A stretch of DNA of 47,536 nt from contig CBHRAM010000001.1 of NCBI GenBank assembly GCA_966076165.1, positions 1 to 47,536 of the forward strand, given 5' to 3'. Positions 17,956-26,921 of the stretch are shown in pieces. Source of the stretch: an uncultured Chitinophagaceae bacterium (GTDB lineage Bacteria > Bacteroidota > Bacteroidia > Chitinophagales > Chitinophagaceae). The notes below the pieces were generated by a model. That model saw only the letters and a program-made list of their open reading frames with translations, was not told where the DNA came from and ran no database searches. The translations under genes and the position numbers were made by a program. Each line of letters begins with the position of its first letter. Positions within the stretch are counted from its first letter, which is position 1.

Positions 17956-18432
17956 ATGTCCGCTAAATTAAATCTTGACAAATTGGATCTGCAGATCATC
18001 CAGGAAATGATGGAGGATGCTGAGATCTCCTATGCTGATTTAGGCAAGAAACTCTTTGTTTCCGGTGGTACCATCCATGTAAGGATCAAGAAACTGGAAG
18101 AGCTAAAGGTAGTGAAAGGTAAAAAATTATCGGTAGATCTCAAATCTTTGGGATACGACGTGATCGCTTTTATCGGAATCTATCTCGAAAAGAGTTCTAT
18201 GTACGATAGCGTGGCCAAAGACCTGAAACGGATCCCGCAGATCGTTCGGCTTAATTATACCACGGGTAATTACAGCATGTTTGCAGAGATCATTTGTAAA
18301 GACATCCAGCAACTTCGTTTTGTATTGCATGATGAGCTGCAGAAGATCAAAGGGATCGAACGCACAGAAACCTTTATTTCTCTTGAAGAAAGCCTTGTTC
18401 GCAATGTGGTGGTAGCGCCACAGGCGGGATAG
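17956..18432 (+). CDS. asnC: Lrp/AsnC family regulator, AsnC-like
   Basis: LDKLDLQII, VSGGTIHVRIKKL, LGYDVIAFIGI, YTTGNYSMF, TETFISL closely follow E. coli AsnC motifs. Confidence 0.88.
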   Translation: MSAKLNLDKLDLQIIQEMMEDAEISYADLGKKLFVSGGTIHVRIKKLEELKVVKGKKLSVDLKSLGYDVIAFIGIYLEKSSMYDSVAKDLKRIPQIVRLNYTTGNYSMFAEIICKDIQQLRFVLHDELQKIKGIERTETFISLEESLVRNVVVAPQAG

Positions 18433-18457
18433 GGAATAAATTGTATTTTCATTGTCT

Positions 18458-19321
18458 ATGGCAAACGATTCTTTTAACCTGGTGGATACGGTGGCGGTTT
18501 TGCAAAAACGCTGGAAGACCATCCTGTGGTTTGTGGTGGCAACCGTTGTCGCAGCAACCATTGCTGTTTTTGTGGTGCCGCAATATTATAAATCAACCAG
18601 CCTGCTCGTGTCTGCTAATCCTGCATTGGCAGATAAAGCGAGAATGTTCAATAACCAGATACAAGGATTGTATTCTTATTTTGGTTCGGGTGATGACCTT
18701 GACCGTATCAATGGTGTGGCCGATATGGACACCACTTATAAGCAACTGGTGGATGAGTTTGCATTGATAGATTATTACAAGCTGAAAGATGACAGCCTTC
18801 CCTTACTGAGAAGAAATGCTGTGCTGCACCTGAGAAAGGACCTTACACTTCAAAAAACAGAACAGGCGCAGTTAAAGATCATTTGCTGGACAAAAGACAA
18901 AGAACTCTCTGCCAAACTGGTTAACCGTATGGTGGCCATTATACAGGAAACGGAAACGGCTATCTGGCAAAAAAATTACCAGCAATCACTTGAGCAGTTG
19001 AATAGTTGCGTTGCCAATATGGAACAGCAATACCAGGTATTGAGTGATAGTGTTTCCAAAACCAGTGGCGGCAAACATGAATTGGGTATGGCCAAACTGC
19101 AAACGCTGCTGGAACAGATCAAACAATACCGTAAAACGGCCGATGAATTTTCGTTGGCTGCGGCTACACGTCCTGCTGCATTCTATGTGATGGAAACAGC
19201 CACCCCTACAGCCAAGGCAGATCGCCCGGATAAGTTGGGAATCATTTTGGCATCTATGATCGTGGGATTTGTTTTCAGTTGCTTATTGGTATTGGTGAGC
19301 GATAGAAATAACAGGGCCTGA
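18458..19321 (+). CDS. Wzz/polysaccharide co-polymerase-like protein
   Basis: N-terminal TM then PQYYKS, coiled-coil periplasmic part, ATPTAKADRPDK before a C-terminal TM. Confidence 0.75.
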   Translation: MANDSFNLVDTVAVLQKRWKTILWFVVATVVAATIAVFVVPQYYKSTSLLVSANPALADKARMFNNQIQGLYSYFGSGDDLDRINGVADMDTTYKQLVDEFALIDYYKLKDDSLPLLRRNAVLHLRKDLTLQKTEQAQLKIICWTKDKELSAKLVNRMVAIIQETETAIWQKNYQQSLEQLNSCVANMEQQYQVLSDSVSKTSGGKHELGMAKLQTLLEQIKQYRKTADEFSLAAATRPAAFYVMETATPTAKADRPDKLGIILASMIVGFVFSCLLVLVSDRNNRA

Positions 19322-19322
19322 T

Positions 19323-20774
19323 ATGTTTGCGGAGACCCGGCCATATCAATACAAACTCTTTACATCATTCGGCATTTTCCTGGTAAGCGGTGTTACGGCT
19401 ATTGTGTTACAGGAACCACTTTTATTAGTGATTCCGTTTGCCTGGATCTTACTGCCTGTTATTTTTCAATTTGCTGTTTCCAGAACGGAGCATTTGTTTT
19501 GGCTGTTATTGGTATTACTGCCCTTATCAACAGAGTTAAATATCACTCCGCAGCTCGGACTTGATTTTCCGGATGAATTATTATTGATGCTCTTAACCGG
19601 TATCACTATCACAAAGATCATTCATCAGCCGAAATGGTTCCCTGTCTCCCTTTCAAAACACCCTTTGTTTTTTATATTGATCATCGACCTGCTCTGGTTA
19701 TTGATCACCTGTATCTATGCATCGGAACCTGCACTGGCTATTAAATATGTATTGGCTAAAACCTGGTATATCATTCCATTGGTAGTGTTGCCGCAGATCC
19801 TGTTGCATTCAAGGGAAAGGGTTGGTAAACTGGCCATCTGTTTGTTACTGCCCATGTTATTTGTGGTGATACAATCTTTGCTCCGCCATGCTTACTATGG
19901 TTTTTCTTTTAAAGATGTGCAGCAGGTGCTGTTTCCTTTTTTCAGAAACCATGTGAACTATTCTTCCATGCTGGTTTGTTTATTGCCGGTTGCCTGGTGT
20001 ATCTGGAAATTAACACCGGCAGAAAATTCAAAACGAAAATGGATCGGGTATGGAATAGGGATCGGGCTGATAGGGTTATTGTTCACCTATTCAAGAGGAG
20101 CCTGGATCGCTTTGCTGGCGGGCATTCTGGCCGTATGGGTTATCCGGAAAAAGGGGATGGGTGTATGTATGATGCTGGCGATTTTAGCCGTGATCATCTC
20201 CTCGGCCTGGCTGATCACGGATAAGAACTTTATGCGTTTTGCACCTGATCACGACCGTACGGTTTTTCATACAGACTTCAGCGAGCATATGCTGGCCACA
20301 GTTGAAATGAAAGATGTATCCACTGCAGAACGTTTTTACCGATGGGTGGCCGGAGCAAGAATGCTGGCAGAGAAACCCATTACCGGTTTTGGGCCCAATG
20401 CTTTTTATCCGCATTACCGTCCGTATACTGTAAAACGTTTTGAAACCTGGGTCAGTGATAACAAAGAACATTCGACCGTACATAATTATTATTTACTCAC
20501 CGCCCTGGAACAGGGTATCATTGGATTGATCCTGTTCTGCGCTTTATATTTTGGAATGCTATTGCATGTACAAAGACTCTATCATCAATTTCAAAGCAGG
20601 TTTTACAGAAATGTTGCATTAACAACAGGTATGGTATTGGTCATGATCGGTGTGATCAACAGTATGAGTGACATGATCGAAACCGATAAGATCGGCGCTT
20701 TGTTCTGGTTGTGTTTGGGGATGGTGGTTTTATTGGATAGCAAGAGCAAGGAAGAGAGAGAAGTACTCGCTTGA
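19323..20774 (+). CDS. O-antigen ligase/polymerase (Wzy_C) family membrane protein
   Basis: Many TM helices; TYSRGAW, ERFYRW, PITGFG, HNYYL...EQGIIG. Confidence 0.85.
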   Translation: MFAETRPYQYKLFTSFGIFLVSGVTAIVLQEPLLLVIPFAWILLPVIFQFAVSRTEHLFWLLLVLLPLSTELNITPQLGLDFPDELLLMLLTGITITKIIHQPKWFPVSLSKHPLFFILIIDLLWLLITCIYASEPALAIKYVLAKTWYIIPLVVLPQILLHSRERVGKLAICLLLPMLFVVIQSLLRHAYYGFSFKDVQQVLFPFFRNHVNYSSMLVCLLPVAWCIWKLTPAENSKRKWIGYGIGIGLIGLLFTYSRGAWIALLAGILAVWVIRKKGMGVCMMLAILAVIISSAWLITDKNFMRFAPDHDRTVFHTDFSEHMLATVEMKDVSTAERFYRWVAGARMLAEKPITGFGPNAFYPHYRPYTVKRFETWVSDNKEHSTVHNYYLLTALEQGIIGLILFCALYFGMLLHVQRLYHQFQSRFYRNVALTTGMVLVMIGVINSMSDMIETDKIGALFWLCLGMVVLLDSKSKEEREVLA

Positions 20775-20791
20775 AAATGATTACTGAGTAA

Positions 20792-20894
20792 TCGTGAGTC
20801 GTGAGACGTCAGTCGTGAGTAAGAAAACATTCATCACCCACGACTCACGATTCCACTTCAACATTCAAAATTCCTTGCTCAACATTCAATATTC
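20792..20894. repeat. TCGTGAG heptamer hairpin followed by a TTCAAYA heptamer array
   Basis: TCGTGAG TCGTGAG ACGTCAG TCGTGAG (20792-20819), complementary CCCACGA CTCACGA (20837-20850), then a second family at period 7 from 20857. Confidence 0.8.
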
Positions 20895-20895
20895 C

Positions 20896-21978
20896 CTAAA
20901 TCTTGCTTCGTACATTCAACGCATCTCTCAACCCATTTCCCAGTAAATTAAAAGCAAGTACCAATAACATGATGGCAATACCCGGTGCCAATGCAAGCAT
21001 GGGGTTATGGGTGATGATGAAATTGTAATTTTCTTTGATCATCAATCCCCAGCTGGGTTGCGGGGGTTGTACACCCACACCGAGAAAACTTAATCCCGCT
21101 TCGATCACAATGGCGGATGCAAAATTTCCGGCAGCGATCACCATTACGGGACCTAGTATATTGGGGAGTATATGTTTGATGATGATCCGCAGGTCCGAAT
21201 AACCTAATGCCCTGGCTGCTTCTACATATTCCAGTTCGCGCACGGCCAATACCTGTCCTCTTACCAGCCTGGCCACATTCACCCACATGGTCAATCCCAC
21301 GGCAATGAATACCTGCCAGAATCCTTTGCCTAAAGCAAGTGTGATCGCAAATACCAATAACAGGGTAGGGATACTCCATACAACATTGATGAACCACATG
21401 ATCACATCATCTATCCATCCCCTGAAATAACCGGCCAGCGCACCCAGCAGGATACCGATGGTTAAGGAAATAAGCACTGCGATCAATCCTACACTTAAAC
21501 TAACCCTTACGCCAATCAGTAAGCGGCTTAAAATATCACGGCCGAACTTATCAGTGCCTAACCAATAGGTGGTTTTTATTATTGCGGGGGTTCCTGTTAA
21601 TGAATTGTGAATGGATCTTCTTTCGGTAATGCCCTCATCAATATATTTCTGATAAATAATACTGTCACCCTTCGTTTCATAAGCCGTGACCGGAACATAT
21701 TGAAAAGCCTCTTCTGTTCCGTTGAGTAAACGGCTGAAGATATTGGATGATGGAATGGCCTTATCTCTTTTGATACGCAACAGCAGCGTAGAGAACCCCG
21801 GTTTTTTGCTTCCGATCTCGGGGATCATACGGTTGGCATTGGGTGAGGGGTCCGGTGCAATAAAATAACATAGCAGCGCAAGCAGCAAACTCACAAAAAT
21901 CAGTATCAATCCAAAGGAAGCGCCTTTGTTGGCCAATAAACGTCGTGTAAAAGCTGATGTGTGTAGGGATTGTACCAC
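20896..21978 (-). CDS. Peptide ABC transporter permease (OppC/DppC)
   Basis: WLGTDKFGRDILSRL, EYVEAARALG (EAA loop), HILPN, LSFLGVG. Confidence 0.93.
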   Translation of the reverse strand: MVQSLHTSAFTRRLLANKGASFGLILIFVSLLLALLCYFIAPDPSPNANRMIPEIGSKKPGFSTLLLRIKRDKAIPSSNIFSRLLNGTEEAFQYVPVTAYETKGDSIIYQKYIDEGITERRSIHNSLTGTPAIIKTTYWLGTDKFGRDILSRLLIGVRVSLSVGLIAVLISLTIGILLGALAGYFRGWIDDVIMWFINVVWSIPTLLLVFAITLALGKGFWQVFIAVGLTMWVNVARLVRGQVLAVRELEYVEAARALGYSDLRIIIKHILPNILGPVMVIAAGNFASAIVIEAGLSFLGVGVQPPQPSWGLMIKENYNFIITHNPMLALAPGIAIMLLVLAFNLLGNGLRDALNVRSKI

Positions 21979-22093
21979 GGCTGAAATTAAGAAATAATCG
22001 GGTTACCGATAAGAAATGAGGATTTGCCGAAAAAGCGGTTATTCCGTTAAACGTTTATAGAAAAATATTGTCTACTACTTAAATCGACCTTTT

Positions 22094-22186
22094 ATGAAAA
22101 GGACATTCTACTTTTTACTGTCACTTGTTGCGATGATCCCCCTCATCATTTATGCATGGTGGCCCGGAACTGAGGATATACGTTAA
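22094..22186 (+). CDS. Putative 30-aa single-TM small protein
   Basis: MKRTFYFLLSLVAMIPLIIYAWWPGTEDIR*; fills an otherwise empty gap; below the ORF-track cutoff. Confidence 0.4.
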   Translation: MKRTFYFLLSLVAMIPLIIYAWWPGTEDIR

Positions 22187-22196
22187 CCTCGTTTCA

Positions 22197-23345
22197 CTAT
22201 TTTACAGTTCTCCCCTTCCATTGGTAGGATCCGAATTTACCCAGCCAGCCGGCAATTACTGTGTACAGTATATGAAACGGCTGCATGAGCGGAAACCATA
22301 CTAATACATTTAGCTGCTCGTAAAAACGGGCGGCGGGTATCATCAGGCCCAGTTCTATCAATGTTTTTGCAGCGATCAGCAACAGCCAGTTACTCAAGCC
22401 GTTTTCGATGAACGGACCGGTCAATAACAGTAGTAATAAAAAAAGATTTACTGCATATACCAGTGCCAGGGTCCAGAAAATACTTTTATCATGGTACTTG
22501 TCTGCCTTACTGGCCCAGCGGATACGTTGGTTTAAAAAGCTTTTCCAATCAGGCATCGGAGCCGTGGTAACGATCGATTCACGGCAAAAAAGATAACCCA
22601 GTCCTGATGGGTATTTCTCTTTGATCTTATGCATCAACAGCATATCGTCGCCACTGGCGATCTGGTCGATGCCTTTGAATTGCCCTACCTCATCAAACAC
22701 ATCTTTACGATAAGCAAGATTGGCGCCATTGCACATGGTATGATAACCCGCAGAAACCGCAGCAGCAGTAATTCCCTGCAGGCTGATAAAATCCAGTAAC
22801 TGAAATACAGAAAGAAATGAATGATCATTGGTAAGCATGACGGGTGACGCCACAAAAACAGGTTGCTCTTTTTGTATATACGCGTCGAGTGTTGCCAGCC
22901 ATTGATTGGAAACCATACAATCGGCATCGGTTGTTACGATCCATTGGCCTTTGCTTTGACTGATCGCGATCTCAATGGCTTTTTTCTTATAGGCGTTGAT
23001 GGTATTGCCCTGCAGGTGATCAGTTAAATTGAGTAATTGCAGATTGTTGAATGACTGCTGCAGGGTACGGATAATATTTTCTGTCTGGTCGGTAGAATGA
23101 TCATTGATCACGATCACTTCAAAAAGAGCCGTGGGGTATTGTTGTTCCAAAACCGTTCTCAGGCATTTTTCAATGGTAGCTTCTTCATCTCGTGCAGGAA
23201 TAATAACGGAAAACAAGGTTTGCGGAAGGGTGGTTGCTGGCCTGGTAAATAAGGGCAGGCGCAGGAACCATTGCCTGTACATGAGTATCAACAGACAATA
23301 CACCGATAAGATCACAGCCGTAAACAGGATGGCTATCCAATACAT
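22197..23345 (-). CDS. Glycosyltransferase family 2, membrane-bound
   Basis: SVIIPARDE, NDHSTD, TTDADC, SGDD, QRIRW. Confidence 0.92.
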   Translation of the reverse strand: MYWIAILFTAVILSVYCLLILMYRQWFLRLPLFTRPATTLPQTLFSVIIPARDEEATIEKCLRTVLEQQYPTALFEVIVINDHSTDQTENIIRTLQQSFNNLQLLNLTDHLQGNTINAYKKKAIEIAISQSKGQWIVTTDADCMVSNQWLATLDAYIQKEQPVFVASPVMLTNDHSFLSVFQLLDFISLQGITAAAVSAGYHTMCNGANLAYRKDVFDEVGQFKGIDQIASGDDMLLMHKIKEKYPSGLGYLFCRESIVTTAPMPDWKSFLNQRIRWASKADKYHDKSIFWTLALVYAVNLFLLLLLLTGPFIENGLSNWLLLIAAKTLIELGLMIPAARFYEQLNVLVWFPLMQPFHILYTVIAGWLGKFGSYQWKGRTVK

Positions 23346-23365
23346 GTGGACAAAGAAAGCTAATA

Positions 23366-24169
23366 TTATTCAATGAAGAGTGCGGCAATGGTGGCAGCGT
23401 GTTTTTCTTTCAGTAACTGGTGGCCCGCTTCGATTTCTTTTATCATTACATATTCTTTCACCTGTTCGCTGAAATGCTTTCCATGTTTGGTGAGGATCAC
23501 ATTATCATATTTGCCAAACAACATCCTTACCGGTATCCGGTATTGTATGATCGAAGCCTGTAATGCCGGCAGATCGGGCCTGAGTCTGCCAAGGGTGGTC
23601 CAGCGCTGGTATAATGCAGCTCTTTGTTCTTTACCATTCAGGTAATGCAACACAAATTTGAACATCCGCTGGTCAATGATCCCCAGCCAACGGCCCAGGT
23701 GTATCAACCGGAGCATCCCGTATGGGTTGCGCATGCAGTAGTCGAAAAGTTTATTGCCAGGCTTTGTCTGGGTAGAAAGCCATTGCCATTTGTTCTTATG
23801 CAATCCGTCGGGTGCCACTACTACAGTGCGGTTGACCTGTTGAGGGATCGTTTCTGTTAAACGCAAAGCGATCCTGCCACCCATACTATAACCAAGCAGG
23901 CTAAAGCGTTTCTTTACGGGATTGATAAGGTTGATTATCTCAATCAGGTCTTCTGTTGAAAAAACAAGCCCTTCCTGCCAATCTGTTTTGCCATGAAAAG
24001 GCATATCCAGGGCAAATACCGTAAAACGGTCTTTTAGCCAAGGTTCAAGCATGTCAAATGATGCCGCATCTTCCCCATACCCATGGAAACAGAACAGCCA
24101 CTCGGCCCCATGGCCAAAGCGTTTGTAGTGAAGGGTTGAGCTGCGCCAGCTGATAAAATGCGATTCCAC
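23366..24169 (-). CDS. Alpha/beta hydrolase
   Basis: FHGYGE, DMPFHG, GYSMGG, GKYD, AGH. Confidence 0.85.
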   Translation of the reverse strand: MESHFISWRSSTLHYKRFGHGAEWLFCFHGYGEDAASFDMLEPWLKDRFTVFALDMPFHGKTDWQEGLVFSTEDLIEIINLINPVKKRFSLLGYSMGGRIALRLTETIPQQVNRTVVVAPDGLHKNKWQWLSTQTKPGNKLFDYCMRNPYGMLRLIHLGRWLGIIDQRMFKFVLHYLNGKEQRAALYQRWTTLGRLRPDLPALQASIIQYRIPVRMLFGKYDNVILTKHGKHFSEQVKEYVMIKEIEAGHQLLKEKHAATIAALFIE

Positions 24170-24234
24170 AGGGTATTCTTAAATTTTAAGGGTTTATTCT
24201 TGGCAATGTCAAAGAAACGAACTTATTTTGAAAT

Positions 24235-24252
24235 TAGTTGCATAACTAACTA
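24235..24252. promoter_or_regulatory. Palindromic MarR-type operator
   Basis: TAGTT-N8-AACTA immediately before the marR ATG. Confidence 0.6.
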
Positions 24253-24253
24253 T

Positions 24254-24694
24254 ATGCCAAACAACCAATTTAAACGCGGAGAATTATACAGTGTGATCAA
24301 TGGCATGGCTTCTACGGCTGTGGCAAGGAGATTGCAGAAGAATTTCAGACAGGCCGGACTGGAGATCACCATCGAACAATGGAGCGTTCTGTACCATTTA
24401 TGGAAAGAAGATTGTTTGAGCCAGCAGGAACTCTGCAACCGCACTTTCCGGGATAAGCCGAGTATTACGCGTTTGATCGATAACCTGGAAAAACAAAAAC
24501 TGGTAAAACGTACCGCTTCCAAAACAGACAGAAGGATCAACCAGGTTTGTTTAACAGATGCGGCCAAAGAACTACAGGACCAAACGATCGCCCTCGCCAA
24601 TCAAACCATGAATGAAGCATTGATAGGCGTGAATAAGGAAGAGATCGAAACGGTGAAGCAGGTGTTTCAGAAAGTGTATGATAATCTGACGTGA
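24254..24694 (+). CDS. MarR family regulator
   Basis: ITIEQWSVL, SQQEL, DKPSITRLIDNLEK, DRR; start at ATG 24254. Confidence 0.92.
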   Translation: MPNNQFKRGELYSVINGMASTAVARRLQKNFRQAGLEITIEQWSVLYHLWKEDCLSQQELCNRTFRDKPSITRLIDNLEKQKLVKRTASKTDRRINQVCLTDAAKELQDQTIALANQTMNEALIGVNKEEIETVKQVFQKVYDNLT

Positions 24695-24700
24695 GGGGTA

Positions 24701-24793
24701 TCGTGAGTCGTGAGTGGTGAGTCGTCAGTGAAGAAGCAATAAAATCCGTGAATGATATTACCGGTAAACGAATAAACTAATAAACCAATAAAC
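24701..24793. repeat. Hybrid array: TCGTGAG heptamers plus CAATAAAC octamers
   Basis: Four heptamers at 24701-24728 and four octamers at 24762-24793; the arms are not complementary to each other. Confidence 0.8.
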
Positions 24794-24802
24794 TTTCCTA
24801 CC

Positions 24803-26593
24803 ATGGAAACAACCCAACAAACCACAGCGCTGCAGGGCGGCGAATGGTTGATCAAAGAAAGCAATCCGTTTGATACATTTATTCCTGAAGACTTTAATGA
24901 GGAGCAGACCATGGTAATGGATATGTGCTCTCAGTTTCTGGATACAGAGATCCTGCCGGTGATCGACCGGATCGATAAACTGGAGCCGGGGTTGATGCCG
25001 TCTTTGTTACAGAAAGCAGGTGAGCAGGGCTTATTGTCCACTTCCTTCCCTGAGCAATATGGCGGGTTGGGTAAGGATTTTATCACATCTTCCATTGTGA
25101 ATGAAGGATTGGGTGGAGGTTATTCTTTTTCTGTTGCCGTTGCGGCGCATACGGGTATTGGTTCCTTGCCGATCCTTTATTTTGGTACGGATGCACAGAA
25201 AGAAAAATACATTCCCAAATTAGCTACCGGTGAATGGAAGGGAGCTTATGGTTTAACAGAACCTAACAGCGGCAGCGATGCCCTGGGTGCCAAGAGCACA
25301 GCCAAGCTGAGCGATGACGGGAAATATTATATCCTTAACGGACAAAAATGCTGGATTACCAATGGTGGTTTTGCAGATGTATATACGGTGTTTGCCAAGA
25401 TAGATGGTGACAAGTTCACCGGCTTTATTATTGAAAGAGGGTTTGAAGGTTTTACACAGGGCCCCGAAGAACACAAGATGGGTATCAAAGGGTCATCTAC
25501 GGTTCAGTTGTATTTCCAGGATTGTAAAGTGCCGGTTGAGAATGTATTGGGAGAAATTGGTAAGGGCCATCTGATCGCCTTCAATATCCTGAACATTGGC
25601 CGTTTGAAATTATGTGCAGCGGCTTTGGGCGGATCTAAGCGTGCGGCTACTACTTCTATTCAATATGCAAAAACAAGGGAACAGTTCAAATTACCGATCG
25701 CTAAGTTTGGAGCCATCAGGCATAAGATGGCGGAAATGGCCATCCGCATGTGGGTTTGCGAAACCGCTTTGTACCGTACAGCCAAATGGGTTGATAATAA
25801 AGAGCACGAATTACAGGCCAGCGGTAAATCCTTTGCAGAAGCTTTGCTGGGCGGTGCGGAAGAATATGCGATCGAGTGTACCATGTTAAAAGTATTTGGT
25901 AGCGAGGTATTGGATTTTGTAGTGGATGAAGGGGTACAGATCCATGGCGGTAACGGGTTTAGTGATGAGTACCTGATCTCAAAAGCTTATCGCGACAGTC
26001 GGATCAACCGGATCTATGAGGGCACCAATGAAATTAACCGCCTGCTTACAGTTGATATGATGCTGAAACGTGCGATGAAGGGCAAACTTGACCTGATGAG
26101 TCCGGCCATGGCCGTTCAAAAAGAATTGATGAGTATTCCTGATTTTGGTTCTGAAGAGGAAGGTGCATTTGCGAAAGAACTGAAATACATCGCCAACTTC
26201 AAAAAAGCCATCCTGATGGTGGCCGGTGCCGCGGTGCAGAAGCTGATGATGCAGCTGGACAAAGAGCAGGAAGTATTGATGAATATTGCCGATATGGCGA
26301 TTGAGGTATACCATGCAGAAAGCGCCCTGTTACGGGTCATCAAACTGGTAAATGCCAAGGGTGAAGCTGCCGTTGGGGTTCAGACTGATATGATGCGGAC
26401 CTACCTGTATGATGCTGCCGACCGGATCAATAAAGCAGGAAAAGATGCCCTGAACAGTTTTTCAGACGGCGACGAGCTGAAAATGATGCATATCGGGCTT
26501 AAACGATTTACCAAAGTAGAACCCTTTAATACCAAAGATGCCCGCAGACGGATCTCAGACCGCCTGGTGGCTGACGACGGGTATCATTTATAA
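24803..26593 (+). CDS. Acyl-CoA dehydrogenase (long form)
   Basis: AYGLTEPNSGSDA, LNGQKCWITNGG, KMGIKGS, QIHGGNGF, RIYEGTNEI. Confidence 0.95.
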   Translation: METTQQTTALQGGEWLIKESNPFDTFIPEDFNEEQTMVMDMCSQFLDTEILPVIDRIDKLEPGLMPSLLQKAGEQGLLSTSFPEQYGGLGKDFITSSIVNEGLGGGYSFSVAVAAHTGIGSLPILYFGTDAQKEKYIPKLATGEWKGAYGLTEPNSGSDALGAKSTAKLSDDGKYYILNGQKCWITNGGFADVYTVFAKIDGDKFTGFIIERGFEGFTQGPEEHKMGIKGSSTVQLYFQDCKVPVENVLGEIGKGHLIAFNILNIGRLKLCAAALGGSKRAATTSIQYAKTREQFKLPIAKFGAIRHKMAEMAIRMWVCETALYRTAKWVDNKEHELQASGKSFAEALLGGAEEYAIECTMLKVFGSEVLDFVVDEGVQIHGGNGFSDEYLISKAYRDSRINRIYEGTNEINRLLTVDMMLKRAMKGKLDLMSPAMAVQKELMSIPDFGSEEEGAFAKELKYIANFKKAILMVAGAAVQKLMMQLDKEQEVLMNIADMAIEVYHAESALLRVIKLVNAKGEAAVGVQTDMMRTYLYDAADRINKAGKDALNSFSDGDELKMMHIGLKRFTKVEPFNTKDARRRISDRLVADDGYHL

Positions 26594-26670
26594 AAAAGCT
26601 GAAAAAAATTATTAACTTTCACAAAGTTTTTTAATATTTGGTTTTTGTTTTACGGTTGCTTGCTAAAAAC

Positions 26671-26707
26671 AAAGCCTCATCGCTGTAACAGGTGATGAGG
26701 TTTTTTT
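26671..26707 (+). terminator. Intrinsic terminator
   Basis: GCCTCATCGC / GTGATGAGGT stem plus T run. Confidence 0.8.
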
Positions 26708-26723
26708 ATTTCCGGAACCGGCA

Positions 26724-26752
26724 ACTCACCCATTTTCTCCCGCCACTTACCC
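26724..26752 (+). promoter_or_regulatory. LytTR-type direct repeat with 21-bp period upstream of the lytTR gene
   Basis: ACTCACCC at 26724 and ACTTACCC at 26745. Confidence 0.5.
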
Positions 26753-26921
26753 GGTTTTTTTAAAACCGCTGCACAGAAAATTGTTAATCCCGTTAACGTT
26801 TTTCCCGTTTACCGATTAATAAGTTCGATTCATGCGTTTTAACATTCGCTTATTTGTATTCTGCGGGAATTTGCGGTCTTATTAAAACCGGGTCTAAGGA
26901 AAATTTCTACAACTGCATAAC

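Noticed and set aside
20896-21978. Orphan peptide ABC permease
   Set aside because: Scattered transporter subunits are common in Bacteroidota genomes.
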